A stretch of DNA of 64,000 bases from Candidatus Poseidoniaceae archaeon (lineage in GTDB: Archaea > Thermoplasmatota > Poseidoniia > Poseidoniales > Poseidoniaceae), in assembly GCA_965662895.1 (NCBI GenBank), contig CBFIJH010000005.1, forward strand, positions 32,001 through 96,000, written 5' to 3'. This document shows, piece by piece, positions 39,962 through 50,146 of this stretch. The position numbers were made by a program, and so were the translations under genes. The notes below the pieces were generated by a model, which did not search any database, had not been told where the DNA came from, and saw nothing but the letters and a program-made list of their open reading frames with translations. Position 1 is the first letter of the stretch. Each line of letters starts with the position of its first letter.

Positions 39962-40363
39962 CTAAACGTTCTCATTTTCCTGTGTAGGGGCTTGCACAAC
40001 GACATAGGATTTGCTCTTTTTTGCAGAAATAATGGATTTAATCCCAACAACAAAGAACGCAATTGAAGAGAGCAAATGCAACAACATAATCCAAATGAGA
40101 TCATTTCGAACGCCAATGATGTTTATTCCTACAGCGACCGTTCCTAATGCGGCAAATCCTCCAATGATGACAACAAATGGCCTAGTCACTGGGAAAATCA
40201 CCAAAACAAAACCTATGATGTACAAAGGTGCGCAAATTAACGAAAATAATGTTGCTCCAAAGACTCCACAAGAGTCCGCATCTGCGCACATTGCACTTGC
40301 AGGTTGAGCTGTAAGCGTTAGAGCGCACAGGCCACTGATAAGTAGCAAAGATAACTTCTTCAC
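39962..40363 (-). CDS. Hypothetical membrane protein
   Basis: Signal peptide plus three TM helices; AT-rich. Confidence 0.55.
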   Translation of the reverse strand: MKKLSLLLISGLCALTLTAQPASAMCADADSCGVFGATLFSLICAPLYIIGFVLVIFPVTRPFVVIIGGFAALGTVAVGINIIGVRNDLIWIMLLHLLSSIAFFVVGIKSIISAKKSKSYVVVQAPTQENENV

Positions 40364-40474
40364 GAATATTTTTTACAATCTTAGCAAATAAGTATATTCC
40401 CAAATTATTGAATTGGATGTCAAATATGGCGGAACATTACAATCGCTAAAGTACTACAAGTTCCTAGTTTAATC

Positions 40475-40873
40475 ATGAGCAAGAAATTCTTCATCAAAAT
40501 CGTAACTGACCCAGACGTTGATCTCCGCAAGTGTGTTGTTGGTGTTGCTTGCGCAGCCCAAGCCATCAACGATGGCCATGACGTTGCCGTCTTCTTTGCA
40601 GCAGACGGAGTAAAGATGATCCACACTGATTACATCAAGGGACTCAATGAACAAGGAAACTTTCCAGATGGAATGATTTACAATATGCTGAACGTTATCA
40701 CAGAAGGAGCATCCAAGATTTACTGTTCAACAGGTTCTCAAGCAGCCAATGGTGTCACAAAACAGAACGCAGATGAAATCCTCCTTGAAGGCTACTCAGA
40801 GTGGATGACGTGGAGCGGGCCTCCCGGTGTAATTGAGCTCAGTGCTGCATCCGATGTCCAACTCGTCTACTAG
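40475..40873 (+). CDS. DsrE-family protein
   Basis: GHDVAVFFAADGV, IYCSTGS, C-terminal SDVQLVY. Confidence 0.75.
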   Translation: MSKKFFIKIVTDPDVDLRKCVVGVACAAQAINDGHDVAVFFAADGVKMIHTDYIKGLNEQGNFPDGMIYNMLNVITEGASKIYCSTGSQAANGVTKQNADEILLEGYSEWMTWSGPPGVIELSAASDVQLVY

Positions 40874-41199
40874 TTTGAGTTCGACTTGATCGAGAGAATC
40901 TCCTCGGGAATTCTGTAGGTGTAAAGGAAATCTTTTCCAATGAGCGTTAGCGATTCGAGTGAATCATCGAATGCAACTTGGTGAAACGTTGAGCCAAGAT
41001 TGTGTAGTGGCATGTTTGCTGCCATCTTTCCTTGCCTTGAGAGCGAAATTCCAGTAACAACATATGGTTCAATGGAGTTGAATAGCAAGATTTCCTCTGA
41101 AGTTTCGATTCGTCCCAATCCTTGAAACATCCTGACAAAATATTCACTGATTTTGTCCCATTGTTCGATGGAGAAGTTCATGGTTAAACCATCATCCAT
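40870..41199 (-). CDS. Hypothetical protein
   Basis: Fills the gap between the DsrE gene and gpmA; AANMPLH and YTYRIP segments. Confidence 0.55.
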   Translation of the reverse strand: MDDGLTMNFSIEQWDKISEYFVRMFQGLGRIETSEEILLFNSIEPYVVTGISLSRQGKMAANMPLHNLGSTFHQVAFDDSLESLTLIGKDFLYTYRIPEEILSIKSNSN

Positions 41200-41260
41200 C
41201 AACGTAAAGAGATTCTCTCTGTGTCGTAGCCTTGATGCACCACCGACGAGTGGGATGTCC

Positions 41261-41965
41261 ATGGCCTCACTCATCTTGATGCGACACGGTCAGTCGATGT
41301 GGAATGCTGCGAACCTGTTTACGGGTTGGGTTGATGTTCCGTTGACGCAAGTTGGTATCGATGAGGCGTTGGCTGGTGGAAAGAAGTTGGCGGATGTGCA
41401 GATCGATGAGGTCCACACATCCACTTTGATTCGTGCACAAATGACGGCCATGTTGGCCTTGAGTCAACACAACAGTGGAAAGACGCCGGTTCTGCAATAC
41501 GCCGATTCGGGTGAACAGATGAGCGGAAACGAGCAAAAAATGGTTGAATGGTCGCAAATGCATGAAGATGCAGATGCTTCCAACATTCTCCCTGTCTACG
41601 TTTCATGGCAGTTGAATGAACGTATGTATGGTGACTTGCAAGGGATGAACAAACAAGCAACTCGGGACAAGTTCGGAGATGAACAAGTCAAGATTTGGCG
41701 TCGCTCGTACGACATTCCTCCTCCAAACGGGGAGAGTCTTGAATTGACCGCTGCTCGAACAATTCCATACTTGGAATCCGTTCTCCTACCTGCTTACGAG
41801 CAAGGGAAGCATCTCTTTGTTGCAGCTCATGGAAACTCTCTTCGAAGCATCATCATGCATCTTGAAGGCTTGAGCAAAGAAGAAGTTCTTGAGTTGGAAG
41901 TGCCGACTGGGGTCCCGATGATGTACGAATTGCAGAATGATGTTTGGAACCGAACGATGGGGTGA
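41261..41965 (+). CDS. gpmA: 2,3-bisphosphoglycerate-dependent phosphoglycerate mutase
   Basis: LMRHGQSMWNAANLFTGWVDV, LNERMYGDLQG, WRRSY, AHGNSLR. Confidence 0.95.
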   Translation: MASLILMRHGQSMWNAANLFTGWVDVPLTQVGIDEALAGGKKLADVQIDEVHTSTLIRAQMTAMLALSQHNSGKTPVLQYADSGEQMSGNEQKMVEWSQMHEDADASNILPVYVSWQLNERMYGDLQGMNKQATRDKFGDEQVKIWRRSYDIPPPNGESLELTAARTIPYLESVLLPAYEQGKHLFVAAHGNSLRSIIMHLEGLSKEEVLELEVPTGVPMMYELQNDVWNRTMG

Positions 41966-41969
41966 TGCT

Positions 41970-44015
41970 ATGCTTCTCAATTGGCGCTTCGATGGTTTCC
42001 CAGGACGTGTTCTTTGGGTTGATCTGACCAAAGGAACAGTTGAAGCCAGAGAGATTCCACACGATTGGTTGATTGAATCAATGGGCGGAAAGGGGCTTGC
42101 TACTCGCTTGCTTGTTGAATGGGATACGACCGATTATGATGCAGCGATGCAACTCAACCACCACGTTCTCGATCGGGTTGACGTTGCCAGACATCCATCA
42201 AACCCACTCCTTTTCATGACGGGTCCATATCAAGCAAGCACGGTTGGTTCGTCCGGTCGTGCTGTGGTTGTGACGCGTTCTCCACTCACCGATTTGTACA
42301 TCGACACCTACATTGGTGGAAACATTGGACATGTCCTTCGTCAAGCGGGTTGGGATGGTCTCTTCATTACAGGCGCTTCAGAGCGTCTCTGTCGTCTTGA
42401 GATTGTGGATGGCCGTGCGGAATTGCACGAGGCAAAGGAGTTGCAAGGATTGACCACCTGGCAGGTTGAACAAGCGCTCGATGGAAAGGGCGAATGCCTT
42501 TCCATCGGACCAGCGGGAGAAAACGGCGTTCGTATTGCAAGTCCACTTACTGCAGGTCGAAGAGCTGCGGGTCGAGGTGGAACTGGTGCAGCATTCGGTT
42601 TCAAGAATCTCAAAGCGGTCACTGTAAAATCCACAACAAAGGAATCCATCCGATTTGCGAGTGAAGCCAGTCTCAAGTCTGCGGTGAAAGTTCAACGTCA
42701 AGAAATGGGATTGCGACGTCGCTCAGGCGATCCATTCTATTCCTTTGGAACGAGCCGTGGACCAATCTATGCCTCTGCAAACGGCCGTATGCCAACGGCC
42801 AATTACAGTTCGACCAATGCCATGATACCAGAGTTTTCGGAATTGAAAGTGGGTGGTGGAGAAGGAGGAGTTGTTCCTTCAACAGGGACTGCAGTGACCA
42901 TGACCACCAAACTCGATGCACATGAATTATCTGGCGAACATTGGCATGAATCCTTGCCTGATGCGAAGCAGTCCGCTTGTTGTGCTCCATGTCCAATTGC
43001 TTGTGAAGCAGCAGACCGGCCAACCATTGATGGAGAGAAGATCCGCAAGCGTCCAATCCACCTAAATCGTGTGGATCGTCCAGAATACGAGACGCTTGCA
43101 ATGCTTGGCTCGAATTTGGGATTGACCAGTTCTCTCGACGTTATGGATGGAAACGATGCTTGCAATCGCTTAGGAATTGATACCATCTCTGGTGGTGCAG
43201 CTCTTTCCATTGTGTGTGAATTGGTCGAGCATGGTTGGCTTCCAGAAAACTGGTCGGACCATTTCCATGCACCGTTTGATTTTGGTCGGTACAAGCAAGG
43301 CGATGTTGTTCCCTGGCAATTTGGTATACCTGAGTTACCACCTCTTGCTCTCGCAATGCTTGCGAACGCTCAACCTGAGTCGGATGAATTGTTTTCCGTT
43401 CTCGGTGCTGGAGCAGTAGCATTTTCCGAGTATGTTGAGCGAGTTACGGGGCATCCTGCCACCAAATTGACAGCACACTGCAAAGGCCTTGATCTTCCTG
43501 CATGGGATCCGCGTGGAAAACGAGGCAACGCGATGGCCTACATGACAGCGAACGTTGGCGCATCGCACATGCGGGCTGGCTACAAAGAGCCAACCGGTTT
43601 ACCGAACGCTTCTGCGGTTGACTTAATGGAAGAATTGATACAAAGTCAAAACAGCATTGTTGTTCGAGATTCAATGATTCTATGTGCATTTGCGAAAGGG
43701 GCGACACCAGATGAAGTCATGCTGGATGCATGGAATGCGATTACAGGCGATGACGCTTCTTGGGACGATTTGATGCAGAGGGCGAGCATACAATGGGACT
43801 TGGCACGTGCATGGAATGTCGAACATTGGAAACGAATTGGTGTGAAACCAATGGACGCCGACTTGCTTTCATGGCGATTGCGCAAGGAACCCATCCCTGC
43901 TGGTGTTGCGGTAGGCATGGTCTCGTTTGTTGACGATGACGATGAGAAGGCTTGCATGGAAAAATACTACGCATTAAGAGGATGGCAGAAAGATGGAACC
44001 CCACAAACGGTGTAA
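41970..44015 (+). CDS. aor: Aldehyde:ferredoxin oxidoreductase family (W/Mo-pterin, 4Fe-4S)
   Basis: RVLWVDLT, GGKGL, IGPAGEN, AAGRGGTGA..GFKNLKAV, CxxCPIAC, PEYET, CNRLGIDTIS, YYALRGW. Confidence 0.88.
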   Translation: MLLNWRFDGFPGRVLWVDLTKGTVEAREIPHDWLIESMGGKGLATRLLVEWDTTDYDAAMQLNHHVLDRVDVARHPSNPLLFMTGPYQASTVGSSGRAVVVTRSPLTDLYIDTYIGGNIGHVLRQAGWDGLFITGASERLCRLEIVDGRAELHEAKELQGLTTWQVEQALDGKGECLSIGPAGENGVRIASPLTAGRRAAGRGGTGAAFGFKNLKAVTVKSTTKESIRFASEASLKSAVKVQRQEMGLRRRSGDPFYSFGTSRGPIYASANGRMPTANYSSTNAMIPEFSELKVGGGEGGVVPSTGTAVTMTTKLDAHELSGEHWHESLPDAKQSACCAPCPIACEAADRPTIDGEKIRKRPIHLNRVDRPEYETLAMLGSNLGLTSSLDVMDGNDACNRLGIDTISGGAALSIVCELVEHGWLPENWSDHFHAPFDFGRYKQGDVVPWQFGIPELPPLALAMLANAQPESDELFSVLGAGAVAFSEYVERVTGHPATKLTAHCKGLDLPAWDPRGKRGNAMAYMTANVGASHMRAGYKEPTGLPNASAVDLMEELIQSQNSIVVRDSMILCAFAKGATPDEVMLDAWNAITGDDASWDDLMQRASIQWDLARAWNVEHWKRIGVKPMDADLLSWRLRKEPIPAGVAVGMVSFVDDDDEKACMEKYYALRGWQKDGTPQTV

Positions 44016-44018
44016 TCC

Positions 44019-44495
44019 ATGCATCCAACGTTGAAGAAAGCGCTCCTGTTGGGGCTTCTCATTGCCTCTCCATGGCTTTTGGTTCAAGCATGGATCTTTG
44101 TCGCTGCTCAAGATGAATCCATCTCATCCATGGAAACCTGTCCCGAAGGAAGCGCAAATTGTGCTCATCTTGGGGGAAATGCTGATTATCGAATGGATGC
44201 CACTTCAACAATTATCGATCGATCGATGGATGACATTCGGTCCGAATTATCCGATTATATCTCTGAATACGATTGCGAAATTCTTGTTGAGGATGTCTCG
44301 GATACATCCTATTATGTTCATTTTGTTGAACGTACTCCGTTTTGGCTTTTCCCAGATGATGTTTTGGTTTCCATTGAACAAATCGATGAAGATACGGTGG
44401 AAATTGAACTTCATTCTCAATCTCGACTCGGAGTTGGAGATTTGGGTGTGAATCCAGAACGATTGGAAGACATTTACAATCAATTAACAGACTGA
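44019..44495 (+). CDS. DUF1499-family protein
   Basis: CPEGSANC, FPDDV, SQSRLGVGDLGVNPERL. Confidence 0.85.
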   Translation: MHPTLKKALLLGLLIASPWLLVQAWIFVAAQDESISSMETCPEGSANCAHLGGNADYRMDATSTIIDRSMDDIRSELSDYISEYDCEILVEDVSDTSYYVHFVERTPFWLFPDDVLVSIEQIDEDTVEIELHSQSRLGVGDLGVNPERLEDIYNQLTD

Positions 44496-45220
44496 ATCAA
44501 ATCATCCCAGCCATATGGATAACCGCTCTCATCGATGAGCAGGACATTGACGCCCAATCCTGTTTTATGGAAGGCAATCAATTGAATGTCGTGGATGGAA
44601 TGACCGGTTGGAGCAACGCCGAGAACAGGCAATTCTTTTCGTGAGAACCAAGATCGTGTTTTTGTGGGTGCTTTTTCTGTTCCAAGGCTACGACGCGTAC
44701 CATCAACATCATCGAACCAAGGGAGTGGTCCTTCAGGTGTAAATCGCAAACCAAGAATCATGTCGACGCCTGTGGTTTCCTGTGCTGCATCTGTATCGGC
44801 TCCACTCGGGATGGCAGGCGCATTCGGGTGCGTGTGCAACCAGTGTGTAAATCGTCCTGCCCGAGAACCGCGTTGTCCTGAGAAGAGATCATCCGTCCAT
44901 TCTTCTGGAAGGTGATGGACAGAATACGAATCGCCACGATTGACCACGTGAGCTTCTTTGATGACGTATCCTTGACCTCCGAAGAGATTTGACACGTGTT
45001 CCTGCCCCTCAAACGCAGATTCGACTTCATCGATGTGTCTCCTCTTCGGGTCAACATCTAGGCCGACCAGAATTTCGTCTGGAAGCGATTGCAAAGCCCA
45101 AACGACGAGTTCGCGAAAAACTGGTCCAGGGAGGTGCAATTGTGCCGCATAGGAGTGCCGCATCGAATACGATTCAGCGTTGTACGAACGCATCGCATCA
45201 ACCAACCACGCTTCGACCAC
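44480..45220 (-). CDS. JAB/MPN+ (JAMM) metalloprotease
   Basis: PDEILVG...WLHTHPNAPAIPSGAD. Confidence 0.78.
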   Translation of the reverse strand: MVEAWLVDAMRSYNAESYSMRHSYAAQLHLPGPVFRELVVWALQSLPDEILVGLDVDPKRRHIDEVESAFEGQEHVSNLFGGQGYVIKEAHVVNRGDSYSVHHLPEEWTDDLFSGQRGSRAGRFTHWLHTHPNAPAIPSGADTDAAQETTGVDMILGLRFTPEGPLPWFDDVDGTRRSLGTEKAPTKTRSWFSRKELPVLGVAPTGHSIHDIQLIAFHKTGLGVNVLLIDESGYPYGWDDLIQSVN

Positions 45221-45299
45221 AGACCTTCCAGTGCATCATCCTTCATCAAGGAGCGCCTTGAGGAGAACCTTTGAAAAATCTAGAGTGCAAGCGCTTTTC

Positions 45300-46028
45300 A
45301 TGGCGAAGAAAAAACGAGGTGGCTTTGGCCGATTCCTCGGTGCCCTCACTGGGACGCCATACGAACGTCTTCTCAAGCAGGTCGAGAAACTTGCGAACGA
45401 ACATGCGGACGATGAGCGCAAACTTGGAAAGGCACTGAAAAAACTCGTCGACGTTGTAGGGACCGCCTATGAAGAAGAAGAGATTGATGAGGATGAACAT
45501 GATCTTGTTCTCGAAGCGATTGAGGAAGTTGATCCCAAAGGGCGCTCATTTCCGAAATTTGCTGAAGAAGATGCATTTTATGCAAACGATGCACCGGATG
45601 CCCCCGAACTCAATCTCGGGAAACGAAAGAACTTGGATGATTTAATGACTGCATCTGGAAAAGAATTCACTGGTAGTTTTGGCCGGGACGAATTCGATGA
45701 ATTCAAAGCGCGGATGACTGAAGAGTTCTATGCAGAATCGGATGAGGCGATTCAGGCAGGCGACCATCAAGCCACCATTCGTACAGAGAATCGAGTGTTT
45801 ACGGATGAAGAAGACGAACTTCAAAATGTAAAGGCGATGATTTCTCAAGAGTCTGGCCTTGTCGATCCAACCACGGTCGAGGAAGAAGAGGAAGATTCCT
45901 TTGAAGACGATGAAAATTATTCCATCGACGAGGATGGAACAGAGTGGTTCCAAGATGATGATGGCTATTGGTGGTACCGTCCAGAAGGTGAGCCTGACTG
46001 GCTACCATGGGAAGAGGACGAGGACTGA
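45300..46028 (+). CDS. Acidic hypothetical protein with Trp-rich C-terminal module
   Basis: Amphipathic N-terminus MAKKKRGGFGRFLG; C-terminus DEDGTEWFQDDDGYWWYR..DWLPW. Confidence 0.7.
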   Translation: MAKKKRGGFGRFLGALTGTPYERLLKQVEKLANEHADDERKLGKALKKLVDVVGTAYEEEEIDEDEHDLVLEAIEEVDPKGRSFPKFAEEDAFYANDAPDAPELNLGKRKNLDDLMTASGKEFTGSFGRDEFDEFKARMTEEFYAESDEAIQAGDHQATIRTENRVFTDEEDELQNVKAMISQESGLVDPTTVEEEEEDSFEDDENYSIDEDGTEWFQDDDGYWWYRPEGEPDWLPWEEDED

Positions 46029-47900
46029 TTACGAAGGAATCGGTTGTTGATCCCACCAAGGTGGAGCCAAGAACCATGCCTCATGATTTGCAGGCCGGTC
46101 TATGAGTGGCAATCCAATAGTACCTCCTTCAATGGAGACGCCTCCGAGTGGATTTGTTGCACATGGACCTGGAAGATAATCCTCTCCGCTTTCTGTCAGT
46201 TCGATTCGTAACGAGTGACCTGCTGGGACAACAACATCGAGTGGATTAAATTCCATCAACATCGTATACGACGAAAACGGTGCAACAGGGTTGGCTTCGT
46301 ATCCCCCGTCTCTGTAACGGATGTCCATGGTCGCATGTCCCAGTCGAAGATTCAGTGTATCATCGTAGAGTGTCGCAAAAATCTGGCCACCGTTGCATGC
46401 CTGTGTGGAAACGTCGAGGTGAAGCGTTGGTAGCCCGGACAGATGGAGCCCATCTTCGTACACTTGGCTCGTAAGGAGAACAGTTCCTCCAGAGCCACTG
46501 ACAACCCCATCACCATTCCACTCCGTTCCGATTTCTTCCATTTGCCACGTCATGTCTTCAGGAGGCCATGTTTCTTCGACGTGCCATTGACCATCATGCG
46601 TTTGAATTTGCACCATCGGCTCGGGTTCATCACCAATGTCTTTCAGATAGTATTGGAACCAGCCATACAGTTCAACGGCCCAATCCATTCGACTCATGTT
46701 CGGATAAGCCTCTCCGCCATAGCCAGGACCCAACTCACTGTGTCGATCGGGTTGATCTGGGTAATTATGAGCCCACTGTCCTGCGATGGCTCTTGCATTA
46801 ATGCCTGCATCTCGCATCAATTGATACGTTGGGAACGCATGATACGGATCAACGTTCCAGTCCTGAAGACCCCATACAAGGTAGACGCTTCCACGGTAAT
46901 TTTCGAGAACATCTGGAAGATGTCGGCGTTCGTCCCAATAATCATTCCATTCAGCTCCTCCAAATTCAGCGAAGGCATAAGTTGACCATGGATTGAGTGG
47001 GCCAACAAGGTCATCAGAGCAGACACGCATGTCGTCGGTGGTCAAATCCGCCGTTGCAGCTTGGTAGGCAGCGTCGTAACCCATTGCACGGGCTTCAGAT
47101 GAGCCGTTTCTGTAGAACATCTCTTGCACGCCAATCGATCCTGAAATAGGGACGATGGTTTTCAGATGTTCACTTGGTTGTTGAGCGGCTTCCCAATTGG
47201 TCGTTCCAGCATAGGATTTCCCCATCAAGCCAACGTTTCCATTGGACCAATTTTGTTGTCCCAACCACTCAACAACCGCTTGGATTCCAACCTGTTCTCC
47301 AAGTCCTTTCACATCTTGACAATGGGTCGATTTCCCTGTACCAAATGTACTTGCTTGGGCAAGTGCATAACCATGCGGAACGAAGGTGTCGTAAACCCAC
47401 TGTCCAACTCCACCGTCTGGAATGGTGTTTGGATTGGAATCTTCACCAATGCCTGGCATGCCCTCTCCCCCGAAGTCATAGTACGGATGGATGGTCATGA
47501 TGACAGGTACTTTGACCCCTTCTTCAACATCTGGCAACCAAAGTGCAACATGCATTTTCGCTTCATCCGGATAACCGATATCTTGCTCGGAAGCGGGTAA
47601 GTCCACTGTGATGAAATGTTCTGAATAAGGAAGGATGTCATAGGTCCCGTTTTCCGGGAGTTGTGCTCGCATCGTGTCCATTGGTAAATCCATCATGTGA
47701 CGGTCGTGGAGTGGTGTTTCCCACCAATTCTCACTATTTTGAACATTCTTTTCATCCGAAAGAGCCTCTCCAAAAGACATTGAGAGGAAAAGGAAAGCGA
47801 TACAAAACGCAATTGTTGCAGAGAGGGAGATGTTGAGTTGCGTCTTGGCCAACGATGATGTTGACTCGATGACATCTGCATCGACAACGTCATCAGCCAT
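46029..47900 (-). CDS. CocE/NonD (peptidase S15) family hydrolase, membrane anchored
   Basis: GTGKS, WSNGNVGLMGKSYAG, GLQDWNV, GQWAH. Confidence 0.88.
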   Translation of the reverse strand: MADDVVDADVIESTSSLAKTQLNISLSATIAFCIAFLFLSMSFGEALSDEKNVQNSENWWETPLHDRHMMDLPMDTMRAQLPENGTYDILPYSEHFITVDLPASEQDIGYPDEAKMHVALWLPDVEEGVKVPVIMTIHPYYDFGGEGMPGIGEDSNPNTIPDGGVGQWVYDTFVPHGYALAQASTFGTGKSTHCQDVKGLGEQVGIQAVVEWLGQQNWSNGNVGLMGKSYAGTTNWEAAQQPSEHLKTIVPISGSIGVQEMFYRNGSSEARAMGYDAAYQAATADLTTDDMRVCSDDLVGPLNPWSTYAFAEFGGAEWNDYWDERRHLPDVLENYRGSVYLVWGLQDWNVDPYHAFPTYQLMRDAGINARAIAGQWAHNYPDQPDRHSELGPGYGGEAYPNMSRMDWAVELYGWFQYYLKDIGDEPEPMVQIQTHDGQWHVEETWPPEDMTWQMEEIGTEWNGDGVVSGSGGTVLLTSQVYEDGLHLSGLPTLHLDVSTQACNGGQIFATLYDDTLNLRLGHATMDIRYRDGGYEANPVAPFSSYTMLMEFNPLDVVVPAGHSLRIELTESGEDYLPGPCATNPLGGVSIEGGTIGLPLIDRPANHEAWFLAPPWWDQQPIPS

Positions 47901-48073
47901 ATTCGACCCAAGCCTTGGATGTTGAAGAGGGTGGCGATTCTGTGGAAGTCAAAAATTCAAAGATTCATTCGAATACCAGTGCCATCGAAATCGTACTACA
48001 ATTGATTCTCGGAATGGAAACAGCGTCGCATTGAGCCCACAACGCTCAAAGAGTTCGGAGCAAAGGCAGAGAT

Positions 48074-49309
48074 ATGAGCACCCGTCGCCTCTTCGCTGCA
48101 GTACGGGACCTTGATCCACCCGGCGGCGGCGCAGAGCGTTCCTTGGCGGCTCTGCTGAACGGAATTGCTCGGCCGGGTCCAACACTTGAAACAGCACCGA
48201 CATACGTACCACTGTCCCCTGCGAAGGATGCACCAACCCATCCAGCATGGACGGTCAGTGCCTTTGCGAGTCACGATCGAGGCGAACCAATCGGCTTGCT
48301 CGAGCCCGAAGTGAACCATGCAACCACAGATCTTCCAATTGAAGGGCTCTGGTCGAAGGTTGCTTGGGGATTGAGGGAACGAAGAGGTGAGTTGCGACGT
48401 CGTAAGTGGGCCCTCGATCGACACATCGCTCGACGTAGTGCTCAATTCGCCGGTCGTGTCGGTTCGTGGTTGGACAAACAGGAACATACAGGTGGTATTG
48501 GATTAACCCAACTTGACTGGGCCCCTGGAGCTGCAAAAGCGTTTACTGCCCGTGGGATGCCATACATCATGTTCGTTCGTGATGACACGGCATTCCGCCT
48601 TGAGGAACGCTTTCGCCCTGTACTGGAGGGCGCAGCTCTTGTTTGTGCCGCTGGAGAAGGCCTCCTCGCTGACATACGCTCTCGCTTTGCTATTCAAAAA
48701 GGTCACAGCGTTCCTCTGCCAATTGATTTTGAAGGGCGCTTTGGAAGCATGGACGATGTGAATGCTTTGCGGCTGGCTGAGCAGGCAAAGCGACCCGATA
48801 CAGCTCCGCCCACGATCGGTGTAATTGTCGTAACTCCAGAAAAGGGTTTGCGAATCTATCAACGCCTCTTACCGAGGTTGCTTGAGCGATGGCCAGAAGC
48901 AGTAGTCCACATTGCTGGTGGAAGTGCTTATCCGCAACAACTCGTACGTCACTCGAACGCACGCGTGCTGGGTCATGTCGATGCAGCGACATTCTTCGCA
49001 GGCATCGATGTTCACCTTATTCTGTTTGAAACGACCGGTTCATGGGGCCGAGTTATAGGAGAAGCAGGCTTGTTCGGTGTGCCAACTGTAACGTCCGATG
49101 TTGGCTCACAAAAGGAAGCCTTGGGTGAGGGAGGCATTCTGGTGGACGATGGTCATGATACGGATGCAGTCATCGACGCCTTGAAGGCGGTTTATGACGA
49201 TCGTGAGCGATACGGTGCATTGGCTCGAAAACACACCCAAATGGTAGATCATCGACGCTCTGTTGCGGCTTTCCGTAGCGGCCTCGAAGATTTGTTGAAC
49301 GACCGATAA
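48074..49309 (+). CDS. Glycosyltransferase family 4
   Basis: GGGAERS, EKG, WGRVIGEAGLFGVPTVTSDVG. Confidence 0.8.
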   Translation: MSTRRLFAAVRDLDPPGGGAERSLAALLNGIARPGPTLETAPTYVPLSPAKDAPTHPAWTVSAFASHDRGEPIGLLEPEVNHATTDLPIEGLWSKVAWGLRERRGELRRRKWALDRHIARRSAQFAGRVGSWLDKQEHTGGIGLTQLDWAPGAAKAFTARGMPYIMFVRDDTAFRLEERFRPVLEGAALVCAAGEGLLADIRSRFAIQKGHSVPLPIDFEGRFGSMDDVNALRLAEQAKRPDTAPPTIGVIVVTPEKGLRIYQRLLPRLLERWPEAVVHIAGGSAYPQQLVRHSNARVLGHVDAATFFAGIDVHLILFETTGSWGRVIGEAGLFGVPTVTSDVGSQKEALGEGGILVDDGHDTDAVIDALKAVYDDRERYGALARKHTQMVDHRRSVAAFRSGLEDLLNDR

Positions 49310-49366
49310 CACGTCAGTTGGTGCTTGTTGTAATACCTGCGTCAGAGAACTCTACCTGACCAACCT

Positions 49367-50122
49367 TCATCTTGTGAGTTTGTCCTTCATTCCCCAATAG
49401 AGTCGTTTTGCTGACTGTTTGACTTTTCTTCTAACCGAAATGTGCTCTTTTTGGAACAGGTAGGTCGGTGTTGCGGCGTAGTTAACACGATCCGTCGTGT
49501 ACCCAAATTTGGACACAGCATCTCTGAACAATCTGAATTCATTTTTTGTAGCCAATTCAGCAAAAATCACGGGTGACTGATTCTCAAGTATGTGCTTCGC
49601 ACCTTGAATAATGGGAAGCTCGAATCCCTCAACATCTATCTTGATCAAAGCAATGTTGTCGACACCCTGCATAATGTGGTCAAGGGTGTCCACCTCTCTT
49701 TGGGAGCCTTCTACATTCACGATTTTTGTCATACCTGCATTGAGATGGTTGGTATCGGAGAGGTCAACAAACCCTTTTCTGTCCAGAATGCCAATTTCCC
49801 CAAGGATGTAGCTGTCCTCTGAGCAGTTGAGTTCCATGTTTTCCTTCAAGATTGCAAAAATCGATTCATCGATTTCAAAACTGTACACTTTTGTTGAGTT
49901 GCAAAAGCGATTGAAAAAAATAGAATGGTTGCCAATATTGGCCCCAATATCAACGTAGACACCCTCCAAACCCAATGAGCGAGCTTTTTCAAGCAACTTC
50001 TCTTCGTAGAATGTTTCCTCAGTTACGATTCGGTCAAAGATTGAATCGTCAGCGTGGTAACCTTTCATGGTGATTTGCTGATTGGAATACACAAATTCCG
50101 TCACCACCCGGTCCTGACCCAT
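49367..50122 (-). CDS. FkbM-family methyltransferase
   Basis: VDIGANIGNHS, IKIDVEGFE. Confidence 0.9.
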   Translation of the reverse strand: MGQDRVVTEFVYSNQQITMKGYHADDSIFDRIVTEETFYEEKLLEKARSLGLEGVYVDIGANIGNHSIFFNRFCNSTKVYSFEIDESIFAILKENMELNCSEDSYILGEIGILDRKGFVDLSDTNHLNAGMTKIVNVEGSQREVDTLDHIMQGVDNIALIKIDVEGFELPIIQGAKHILENQSPVIFAELATKNEFRLFRDAVSKFGYTTDRVNYAATPTYLFQKEHISVRRKVKQSAKRLYWGMKDKLTR

Positions 50123-50146
50123 GGAAGGGCTACCAACTCGGTGCCT

